Positions 56,232 to 64,000 of a stretch of DNA of 64,000 bases are shown piece after piece. Made by a program: the position numbers and the translations under genes. How positions within the stretch are numbered: the stretch's first letter is position 1; every line of letters begins with the position of its first letter. Under the pieces are notes generated by a model. It did no database searches. It was not told the DNA's origin and saw nothing but the letters and a program-made list of their open reading frames with translations. The stretch is from a virus, in IMG/VR virus record IMGVR_UViG_3300035701_000016, positions 1 through 64,000 of that record. One strand, given 5' to 3'.

Positions 56232-59198
56232 CTACTCCCATAAATTTGCCGAGATTAGTAATACTTCTTCATCATCATTTCTTCTCTTCTTCTTCTCCCA
56301 CCAGAATGGTTCCGCATGTCCAGGAGTTACTGCTACGATAGGAGCAGAAGGTGAAGGAGATGCGCTCATGGAAGAAGATATGGACGGTGATGCACTGACA
56401 CTAGCAGAGATGGATGAACTTATCGATGGAGATGCACTTACCGAAGCACTCTTAGAAGAAGATATGGATGGAGAGGCAGAAATTGAAGCACTAATGGAAG
56501 CACTAACAGAAGCACTCTTAGAGGCACTAATTGATACACTTACAGAAGCACTAATAGAAGCACTCAGAGAAGCACTGACAGAAGCACTTATGCTAGGTGA
56601 GGCAGATATTGAGGCAGACATGCTAGCTGATTTGGAAGCACTTATCGATGCACTTACAGAAACAGAAATGCTAGCAGAAATACTAGAAGAAATACTTTCA
56701 GAAATACTAGGTGAAGCACTAACAGATGCAGAAATAGAAGGACTAGCTGAAATTGAAGAAGATAAACTAGCTGAAACAGAGGCTGAAATAGATGGACTAG
56801 CAGATATACTCGCAGATATACTTGCACTTATTGATACTGAAACTGAAGCTGACTCTGATGCTGATACACTAGCACTAATAGATGCACTTTCACTGGTGGA
56901 TACAGAAGCAGAAACCGATGCGGAAATAGAAGCACTAATTGAGGGTGATGCAGAAATTGAAGCCGATTCACTAGACGATACACTGGCTGAGACACTAGCA
57001 CCAATACTAGGTGAAGAACTAACACTAGAAGAAATACTAGGAGAAGCAGATACACTAGCAGAAATAGAGGCACTTATACTCGCAGATACCGAAGCACTAA
57101 TACTTGGTGAAGCCGAGATAGATGCTGAAACAGAAGCACTTACAGAAGCTGAAATACTAAGACTCGCACTAACTGATGAAGATACACTGGCACTAACACT
57201 AGCAGACTTAGATGATGATACAGAAGAGGATATTGAGGGAGAAGCACTAAGTGAAGCACTTAGTGATGCTGATACGGAAGCTGATATACTAAGACTAGCT
57301 GAAACAGAAGAAGAAATAGAAGCGCTTACTGAAGCACTTATACTCAGACTTGCAGAGATAGATGTACTGACCGAAGCGGATATACTAGCACTTATACTGG
57401 GAGAAGCGGATATACTAGCACTAAGAGAAGCACTAACAGAAGAGGATATAGAAGGAGATGATGATACTGATGAACTAACAGAGGAACTCACACTAGCAGA
57501 AATAGAGGGTGAGGCTGATACGGAAGCACTAACACTAGCACTTGTGGAAGCACTTATTGATGGAGAAGCTGAAACTGATCCAGAAACAGACGATGAAATA
57601 CTAGCTGATAAAGATGCAGATACAGATGCACTGATTGAAGGAGATGCAGATACTGATGCACTAATTGATGGACTTGCACTGATACTTGCACTGATGCTAG
57701 GACTAGCTGAAATACTTGCACTCTCAGAAGCACTTTCGGAAGCTGAGATAGAAGGAGATGCACTGATACTAGCAGAGACGGATGCAGATATGGAAGCAGA
57801 TATACTAGCACTTTTCGAAGCTGATATAGAAGCCGAAATTGAAGCACTTTCTGATGCACTGATTGATGGGGAAGCCGAAATAGATGCGCTCTCACTTGCT
57901 GATACTGAAGCGGATATACTGGGACTAGCACTTATTGATGCGCTTTCACTTGCAGATATAGAAGAACTTATACTAGGACTTGCTGACACTGAAGCTGAGA
58001 TGGAAGCACTTACTGAGGCGCTTATACTTGGAGATGCTGAGATACTGGCGCTTTCAGAAGCAGAAATAGAAGCACTAATTGAAAGTGAAGCAGAAATACT
58101 GGCCGAGACTGATGCACTTACGCTGGACGAGATACTTGGGCTGGCACTGATACTTGCAGAAATAGATGCACTAATACTTGCACTTATAGATAGACTAGCA
58201 CTAACACTAGCAGATACTGACGCTGATATTGAAGCACTTATACTAGCCGAAATACTCGGACTTGCCGATACACTAGCACTCACTGAAGCACTAACTGACG
58301 CCGAGATGGAAGGACTTGCACTTACTGACGCCGATTTCGAAGAAGAAACTGAGGAAGATATACTAGGAGAAGCAGAAATTGAAGAGGATACCGAAGAACT
58401 TATTGAAGGTGATGAAGATACAGATGATGAAACTGAAGCACTAATACTAGGAGATGCACTTACGGATTTACTTTCACTTGCTGATACTGAAGATGATGCA
58501 CTTCCCACCACTCCCTTGAATGACTTCTTCATCATGTGGGGGAAGAATATCCTAGGATGGCTGGCAATCGGAACAGTCCCCTGCTCAACCATCTTAGCCC
58601 CGTTCATCAGATCGGGTTCATCCCCACTACTATCCCCACGAATTAGGGGATAGTAGGCGACCAGACTTTCGGGTTTGACAAATAGCGGAGAGTAACCTAC
58701 TGCTAGTTGCTTAATATCCGCCAAGGTTAAAGCCACATTCCAGAAACCGACTTCGGCCAAAATCGCTTCTGCCGCCACTTTCCAATGAGAAGAGGTCGAA
58801 TACAACATAGTACCAAGTGTAGTTCTGCTTACAGTTGTGGCCGGAACTCGACTGGTAGTTTCATCCCCACCGCCTACTCCATTTGTATAACCAGTTCGTA
58901 AAGTAGCAGAGCTAAATACTGCGGCTGCATGATTCCACGCATTAACATTTGTAGCAGGCCCATAAGACGAACTGCTCGCACCTGCCGCCCAAGTTGTCGC
59001 TCCTACTGTTCCCGTTGTTGTTATAAGTCTAAGGCCAAACCCATCAGGGGCAGCATTTGTCGAAGTCAGATATACCAAGGACTGTTCTTGTGTGAATCCT
59101 GATGGATATACCCAACACGCCATAGTCAGCGGCGTGGCTGTAATTAAGCCAGTCGCATTAAGAAAATAATTCGAGGTACTATGAACACCTCGTGCCAT
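56232..59198 (-). CDS. LamG/concanavalin-like domain + ~720-aa serine-rich repeat protein
   Basis: [34 protein letters not shown]; then (S-x) dipeptide repeats [13 protein letters not shown]. Confidence 0.85.
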   Translation of the reverse strand: MARGVHSTSNYFLNATGLITATPLTMACWVYPSGFTQEQSLVYLTSTNAAPDGFGLRLITTTGTVGATTWAAGASSSSYGPATNVNAWNHAAAVFSSATLRTGYTNGVGGGDETTSRVPATTVSRTTLGTMLYSTSSHWKVAAEAILAEVGFWNVALTLADIKQLAVGYSPLFVKPESLVAYYPLIRGDSSGDEPDLMNGAKMVEQGTVPIASHPRIFFPHMMKKSFKGVVGSASSSVSASESKSVSASPSISASVSSSVSSSPSISSSVSSSISASPSISSSVSSSKSASVSASPSISASVSASVSASVSASPSISASISASISASVSASVSASLSISASISASISASISASPSISSSVSASVSASISASLSISASISASESASISASPSISASVSASISASVSASPSISSSISASESASISASPSISASVSASESASISASPSISASESASISASISASKSASISASISASVSASISASPSISASESASESASISASPSISASISASPSISASVSASPSISASVSASLSASISSSVSGSVSASPSISASTSASVSASVSASPSISASVSSSVSSSVSSSPSISSSVSASLSASISASPSISASISASVSTSISASLSISASVSASISSSVSASLSISASVSASLSASLSASPSISSSVSSSKSASVSASVSSSVSASLSISASVSASVSASISASPSISASVSASISASISASVSASPSISSSVSSSPSIGASVSASVSSSESASISASPSISASISASVSASVSTSESASISASVSASESASVSVSISASISASISASPSISASVSASLSSSISASPSISASVSASPSISESISSSISASISVSVSASISASKSASMSASISASPSISASVSASLSASISASVSVSISASKSASVSASISASISASPSISSSKSASVSASPSISSSISASVSASPSISSSMSASPSPSAPIVAVTPGHAEPFWWEKKKRRNDDEEVLLISANLWE
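56345..58500 (-). repeat. Degenerate Ser-X coding repeat
   Basis: Continuous SAS[I/V/P/E/K/L] units with diversified codons. Confidence 0.9.
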
Positions 59199-59698
59199 TA
59201 TGTTTCCTTGACTTCTACTGCAAGCAATTCGGCATCCGTAGTTACGTCATCCGTACCTGCTGACCCATCCGCATCCCGGCGAACTTTCAGGCGGAACATT
59301 TCACCAGCCGCCAAACTATCCATTTGTGCCCCATTGGTGAATGTGATTGTTACGAGAGTTGTAACTCCACTTGTTCCGTTTGGATTACCTGCCGCACTCT
59401 GAACTGCGGCAAAACTATCCGCATCCATATCCAGAGAAGCATCATCCATACGCTCAATAGATACCGACCAATAGGCGCTGCCCGATGTGGCCGATGAGAA
59501 CATGACATGCAAGTAGACTGTCAGTCCTCCACCCGCATAATTACGTGGCAGGATACCGGAGAAAACCGCTTCTTCGTCCGCCGCACCATCAAAGTCAAGA
59601 ACTGGATGATAGTTACGTAAATCCAGTGTGGCATAGATAGTTGCCGGAGGTTCATTACAATAAGGATTAAATACTGCTAAAGTATCACCGCTTGCCAT
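59198..59698 (-). CDS. Hypothetical beta-rich protein (virion-associated?)
   Basis: TAATG-coupled; [18 protein letters not shown]. Confidence 0.7.
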   Translation of the reverse strand: MASGDTLAVFNPYCNEPPATIYATLDLRNYHPVLDFDGAADEEAVFSGILPRNYAGGGLTVYLHVMFSSATSGSAYWSVSIERMDDASLDMDADSFAAVQSAAGNPNGTSGVTTLVTITFTNGAQMDSLAAGEMFRLKVRRDADGSAGTDDVTTDAELLAVEVKET

Positions 59699-59985
59699 TA
59701 GTCTACCTCCCCGAATACCTGTTTGAGGATATTCAGATTAAAACGCATGAGAATTACCGCTACCAACAACAGCGACTTTTGAGAAGTAGTTGCAACGGTA
59801 CGAAATGGGGTTGGAAGAGTGTTATTATAACTGACTGAGTTGGCATCCACCCAGGCATCCGCCGCCACAATCGCCGCCGTGAATTGGGTCTTTGTAAATG
59901 CTCCAGTCTGTTCGCGCAGGTTGGACCAATAACGTGAAAGACCTCGTTTTATTCTATCAATATCCACAGTTGATAATGTTGCCAT
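59698..59985 (-). CDS. Hypothetical protein
   Basis: SD GGAG before ATG 59985. Confidence 0.7.
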   Translation of the reverse strand: MATLSTVDIDRIKRGLSRYWSNLREQTGAFTKTQFTAAIVAADAWVDANSVSYNNTLPTPFRTVATTSQKSLLLVAVILMRFNLNILKQVFGEVD

Positions 59986-60127
59986 TGTATCATCTCCATA
60001 TGCTGATTGAACGACTTCTTGAAGTGTGTCTCCACGAGTATGACAATCCAAGTATAAGATATTAATTACCGATGTTTGTTCTGGACGATAATATCCAGTT
60101 TTCCAATAATGATCCCAACTGAACCTC

Positions 60128-61042
60128 CTATGGAATAGATTCCCATCCAGGAACAGGCCAGAACTTCTCTACCAACCATGATAGAGAATGAATTTGTTTA
60201 TCCCATTTTCCTTCGAAAAATAATTCTCTACATTGTTTCTTCGAGCGATTTACCTGTTTCTGCGACATATCGTACGGAAAACTGAAGTCTCCACCTTGAG
60301 TTCTAAACAGATGAGCATAATATGTTTTGTGATCAACCATGACCCTTCCACCACTAAGCCACGTCTTAGCAGCTACTTCTATGCCCTGAGATCCCCATGA
60401 TCCAAAACCTTCATCACATATATTCAAATCAAACCACTTATCTTTTGTCAACATAAAACATGATCCCTGAAGAGACATGGTCTCGGTAAGATCTCCTTGT
60501 CCCTCAGGTCTCTTTTTAAAATCATTAAAGTACTGGAAATGCGGTTCTGAATCGAAACAATACGAAGTAGACTGAGGATTCTCTTTAGCCTTCCAAATAA
60601 TCTTTCTGTAAAGATTTGTACCACCACAAACTTCACACTTCTCAGGGGTAGGACCCTGATATGTTCTTTTTCCACATTTCCTACACTTCCAGTCGAAAGC
60701 CCATAAGTTACGCATGATCGGAACTATTGTCCAATCATCCTGTATATCCTCTAACAATACTCTATCAAAACCCTGGGCAAACGAGCAATGAGCATCAGCT
60801 TTCATGATATATTTGGAATCAGCCAACTTAACTCCATCGTTACAGGCTGCTCTCTGTCCTATAGATACGGGATGAAAGAGTACGGTAACATCAGCATTCT
60901 GATCGATAGGAGGATCCGCCCATTGTCCATCCAGAACTACTATCACTTCAGTATTGGCTTCCTTGTGCTGAAGGATATCCTGAACAGTTTTAGCCACAAA
61001 CATTTCGTTTCTGGACGGAATAACTACACTCAAATCATGCAT
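60128..61042 (-). CDS. GT2 glycosyltransferase (ppGalNAc-T-like motifs) with Zn-ribbon insert
   Basis: LSVVIPSRNE, DAHC (DxH), WGSQGIE, AHLFR; CRKC...CEVC. Confidence 0.85.
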   Translation of the reverse strand: MHDLSVVIPSRNEMFVAKTVQDILQHKEANTEVIVVLDGQWADPPIDQNADVTVLFHPVSIGQRAACNDGVKLADSKYIMKADAHCSFAQGFDRVLLEDIQDDWTIVPIMRNLWAFDWKCRKCGKRTYQGPTPEKCEVCGGTNLYRKIIWKAKENPQSTSYCFDSEPHFQYFNDFKKRPEGQGDLTETMSLQGSCFMLTKDKWFDLNICDEGFGSWGSQGIEVAAKTWLSGGRVMVDHKTYYAHLFRTQGGDFSFPYDMSQKQVNRSKKQCRELFFEGKWDKQIHSLSWLVEKFWPVPGWESIP

Positions 61043-61640
61043 CTTTCCTCAGTTTGGAAATGATAACTTTTCCGGGATAATCTTCTGTAACATAATTTGT
61101 GAATTTTTCGAATAACGGATCAATAAGCGTAGCATGTCTACTCCATATGAAAAACATACCTCCTGAGATGGGAGATATATTCCATCTATGTTCATTAGCA
61201 TAGTTATGAAGTTTACCGTTATCTACATAGTGTCTAAGATATATCCAACCTCCAACTTTGCAAACTCTATACATTTCTCTAATAGCCAGAAGAGGATTTC
61301 CACAATGATCCAGAGAATTTACGCAATGAACTATGTCAAATTGTTCATTATCATACGTCAATAGTCTCATATCCTGCTTCTCTATCCTAATCTCAGGAAT
61401 AACTCCCTTTTCAACCAGCATAGAATTATATTCATCTGCTAGAAGATCGGATGGATACAGATGAATTTCTGTCTCAGGCCAAGTTGATCCAGTAGTAGAA
61501 AACATACCAGCTCCAAGATCAGCAATATCTACTATCTTCTTATTTCCTATCATCTCCCCGAAATAATAGTCCAACTGAAATATTTTATTGAATTGCTTCT
61601 CTTTGTAAGGAAGCTTATTTCTGTAGAATCTTAAGGTCAT
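61035..61640 (-). CDS. Class I SAM-dependent methyltransferase
   Basis: IADLGAG, FDIVHCVNSLDH, EMYRVCKVGG. Confidence 0.85.
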   Translation of the reverse strand: MTLRFYRNKLPYKEKQFNKIFQLDYYFGEMIGNKKIVDIADLGAGMFSTTGSTWPETEIHLYPSDLLADEYNSMLVEKGVIPEIRIEKQDMRLLTYDNEQFDIVHCVNSLDHCGNPLLAIREMYRVCKVGGWIYLRHYVDNGKLHNYANEHRWNISPISGGMFFIWSRHATLIDPLFEKFTNYVTEDYPGKVIISKLRKDA

Positions 61641-62124
61641 TCAAGAACTCCAGAGAACACATCTTACTTATGACAGTGGTATGAGGATTGAATATATTAT
61701 AGTCAAATCTATATTTAAATCTTGAGTATATTCCGGAATAATGATAGAAATTATCTTCCTTAGGATTGGAATCATGCAGAACTATGTAATCTACCAAGTC
61801 TTCTATCCTTACAGCTAGATAGGATCTAAATTCCATAGGATTTACATCTATAATTCCTATATCAAAATGTCTACTAAGATCAATAGTTGTCCAATCAGCG
61901 ATTAAATGAGTTTCATGATGAGTATTATTATTTTTTCCGAATAAATTTAAGTATTTCTCATAATTCTCATATGAAACCAAATCCCTATCCTGAGAAACAC
62001 AAGCCCAGAATAGAAGTGGTGTACTATATAATCCCATACCTAATTCAAGAACATTTCCAGTAGTATGCTCTAGAAGTTTTAAAAGAACGGGTATGTGAGA
62101 ACCCCACCTCATTGTAATTTTCAT
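61615..62124 (-). CDS. Methyltransferase-like protein
   Basis: VLELGMGLYST, IVLHDS. Confidence 0.72.
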   Translation of the reverse strand: MKITMRWGSHIPVLLKLLEHTTGNVLELGMGLYSTPLLFWACVSQDRDLVSYENYEKYLNLFGKNNNTHHETHLIADWTTIDLSRHFDIGIIDVNPMEFRSYLAVRIEDLVDYIVLHDSNPKEDNFYHYSGIYSRFKYRFDYNIFNPHTTVISKMCSLEFLNDLKILQK

Positions 62125-62771
62125 ACTAGACCTAACTTTGTTCTAACAACTCTGGTCGTGCCCCAATACGGTAGGGATCTGGTGGTTTCACCCGCGATAG
62201 TCAGAGTATTGGCTCGCAATCCCAGTCCAGTCTTTATACTCACTACGGGAATATCCGTACCATACCAATTCCAATTCTGATTCAAATTCCTGAAAGGATT
62301 GGTAGGATAATGTCCATTCAACCACAGAGGCTTTCCTTCCAATTCCTTTTCCAACAGATCCAAATAGTATTCTCTGCCTATAATTTGAGCTCCTTCACAC
62401 CATCTCTTCTTGAAGAAGTATCCTCTATGATGCTTCAGAATCCAAACATTACTATATCTATATATTGAATCTAGTTTGCTTGGTTCTATGTCAAAATAGT
62501 CTCTGGGATAAAGATTGTCTGCCTCTGCTGATATAACAAATGGAGTAAATATACTTTGACAGGCTATCTGAATTTGTCTGTATAGATTATGATCATTGGC
62601 TCCAACATCTCCCACACAGATATTTTCTCCGAAATCAATCTGTTTCTGAGATACTGACAGAATAGGAAATCCGGGATTCATTCTCATGAGAACTTTTTGT
62701 ATTTTTTTCTCGAAATTTTCATCCTCTCTGTTGGATGTATAGTAGATAATAGTTGCGTCGTTCTTATTCAT
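62121..62771 (-). CDS. GT-A-like glycosyltransferase (putative), paralog of 62768-63526
   Basis: TIIYYTSN, DFGENICVGDVG, AEAD.LYP. Confidence 0.62.
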   Translation of the reverse strand: MNKNDATIIYYTSNREDENFEKKIQKVLMRMNPGFPILSVSQKQIDFGENICVGDVGANDHNLYRQIQIACQSIFTPFVISAEADNLYPRDYFDIEPSKLDSIYRYSNVWILKHHRGYFFKKRWCEGAQIIGREYYLDLLEKELEGKPLWLNGHYPTNPFRNLNQNWNWYGTDIPVVSIKTGLGLRANTLTIAGETTRSLPYWGTTRVVRTKLGLV

Positions 62772-63526
62772 ATAGAGTGACCGCAATAAGGACACTGATT
62801 GACCATATGATTTTCATCATATAATTTCATAACCTGATCAGCTGTACCCCACGGAACCAACTCAGTTCCTCTCAACGGACCGAGAGCCTTATTTTCACCA
62901 ACCGGATGCTCTCTACCTACCGGAGTAGATACATATCCAAGAGCAAGTGGATGAGAGAAGACAACCATTGGTCGTCCACCCCAACCTTCCTCGGTAGAAA
63001 TTGGTTTCAATCCTAACTTTCTATCGTATCGTCCTGGTTCTCCACAGAATTGGGTGTCATAGGCAGGAAATTTTTCAAGACGTTCAGTTAGAGATCTTAC
63101 CAAAAGATCTCTGGTACATATTAGACTAAATATTATCATTCTGTGTCGCCATGAGAATACCATAGGTTTTGACCATGTGAATATACTCCACTTATTCATA
63201 TCGTACCATAAAGTATCGTCACTGATTGGTCTTCCCTGAAAATGCTGTCTAGGATATAGAACATCATCTTCAGCCATAGCCACATATTTCGTTTTTGCAG
63301 CAATCGCACCTGTAAGGATCTGCCAGTAGATATTGCGATTGGATCTACCGATATCTCCTACGCAGATGTTTTCTCCGAAATCCATAGGTTTATGAGATAC
63401 AGATATCAAAGGAGTATCCTGTATAGCTTCCTTTAGAACCCTTTTAGTATTATCTACAAAGTAGGGATTGTGTTCATCCAGATAATTACTGGTATAATAT
63501 ATGATTGTTAGATCAGTATGTATCAT
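62768..63526 (-). CDS. GT-A-like glycosyltransferase (putative)
   Basis: TIIYYTSN, DFGENICVGDIG, AEDDVLYP. Confidence 0.65.
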   Translation of the reverse strand: MIHTDLTIIYYTSNYLDEHNPYFVDNTKRVLKEAIQDTPLISVSHKPMDFGENICVGDIGRSNRNIYWQILTGAIAAKTKYVAMAEDDVLYPRQHFQGRPISDDTLWYDMNKWSIFTWSKPMVFSWRHRMIIFSLICTRDLLVRSLTERLEKFPAYDTQFCGEPGRYDRKLGLKPISTEEGWGGRPMVVFSHPLALGYVSTPVGREHPVGENKALGPLRGTELVPWGTADQVMKLYDENHMVNQCPYCGHSI

Positions 63527-63999
63527 AATTTAATCCAGAACCAACTTGGAACTCTTTCCTTCGTAAGATACCAGGGATCAATTCTGTGTTCCTTGACATA
63601 GGCATCCACAGCAGTTATTACTCCAAATTCCTGTCTATTGAAGTAGTCATGTCCAGACACTATTCCACCAGATCTTACTTTCCTATTCCATTGAATGATA
63701 TCTGTAACAGCATAGTCAAACGTATGATTGGCATCTATGTAAACAAAATCTAAACTACCATCCTCAAACTCAGGAATGGCATCCATGCTACTACATTTCA
63801 TGAAAGTAACGTTATGATGTCTAAGTAACTTCCTAGCCTGATGAAAATGCTCATCATGAAAACCACTGTAGTCCCAGGGATCATTTTCGTCATCTTCCCA
63901 CAAATCTATACAATACAATTTAACTCCTGGTACACTATCGCAAATATATCGTGAGAATTTACCTTTGGCTACACCAATCTCAACTCCAGTCTTGTATCC
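63523..63999 (-). CDS. Class I SAM methyltransferase (Methyltransf_24-like), 5' end outside the window
   Basis: Frame open to the edge: GVEIGVAKG ... LDFVYIDANH ... GGIVSGHDY. Confidence 0.85.
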   Translation of the reverse strand, partial: GYKTGVEIGVAKGKFSRYICDSVPGVKLYCIDLWEDDENDPWDYSGFHDEHFHQARKLLRHHNVTFMKCSSMDAIPEFEDGSLDFVYIDANHTFDYAVTDIIQWNRKVRSGGIVSGHDYFNRQEFGVITAVDAYVKEHRIDPWYLTKERVPSWFWIKL

Positions 64000-64000
64000 C

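Noticed and set aside
55933-58653. 906-aa acidic E/A/L-rich ORF on the + strand
   Set aside because: Antisense shadow of the Ser repeat. Stops in that frame would need Tyr/His/Gln codons, which the repeat lacks. It has no recognisable domain and runs opposite to the operon.
59985-60160. Long open frame upstream of 59698-59985 overlapping the GT stop (possible frameshift fusion)
   Set aside because: No clear slippery site, and ATG 59985 has its own SD; probably chance or a gene remnant.
9527-62280. Numerous short + strand ORFs opposite the minus-strand genes
   Set aside because: Antisense shadows lacking SD sequences and recognisable domains.
1-64000. Integrase, repressor, reverse transcriptase/DGR, portal, terminase
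   Set aside because: No supporting motifs in this window; lifestyle cannot be determined here.

Overview
A ~64 kb segment of a tailed dsDNA bacteriophage genome. It looks siphovirus-like: there is a 1308-aa tape measure, a distal tail protein and no sheath gene. Portal and terminase are not in the window, and no integrase or repressor was recognised. Layout: (i) 1-7.3 kb is a + strand early region of small genes behind four related sigma70-type promoters. It holds a GHKL-ATPase/HExxH protein, a paralogous gene pair, many RNA hairpins and a ~420-nt non-coding block of tRNA-like folds. (ii) 7.2-31.5 kb is a - strand replication/metabolism region: SNF2-like helicase, Cas4-like nuclease, Sak4-like ATPase, SSB, RuvC-like resolvase, a candidate base-modification cluster, a family A DNA polymerase split by a group I intron carrying an HNH gene, AEP primase-helicase, ligase, tRNA-Arg(UCU), GH25 lysin, an LPxTG protein and several free-standing homing endonucleases. 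(iii) 31.6-51.4 kb holds the - strand tail and head genes. (iv) 51.4-64 kb, plus 47.2-48.5 kb, holds about 6 glycosyltransferase-like and 6 methyltransferase-like genes around a 988-aa LamG + serine-rich-repeat protein; this is the best candidate for a novel phage-encoded virion glycosylation/glycan-methylation system. A monoderm host such as Chloroflexota is weakly suggested by the LPxTG signal and the Pro/Thr-rich linker. All calls come from motif reading by eye; no database search was run.
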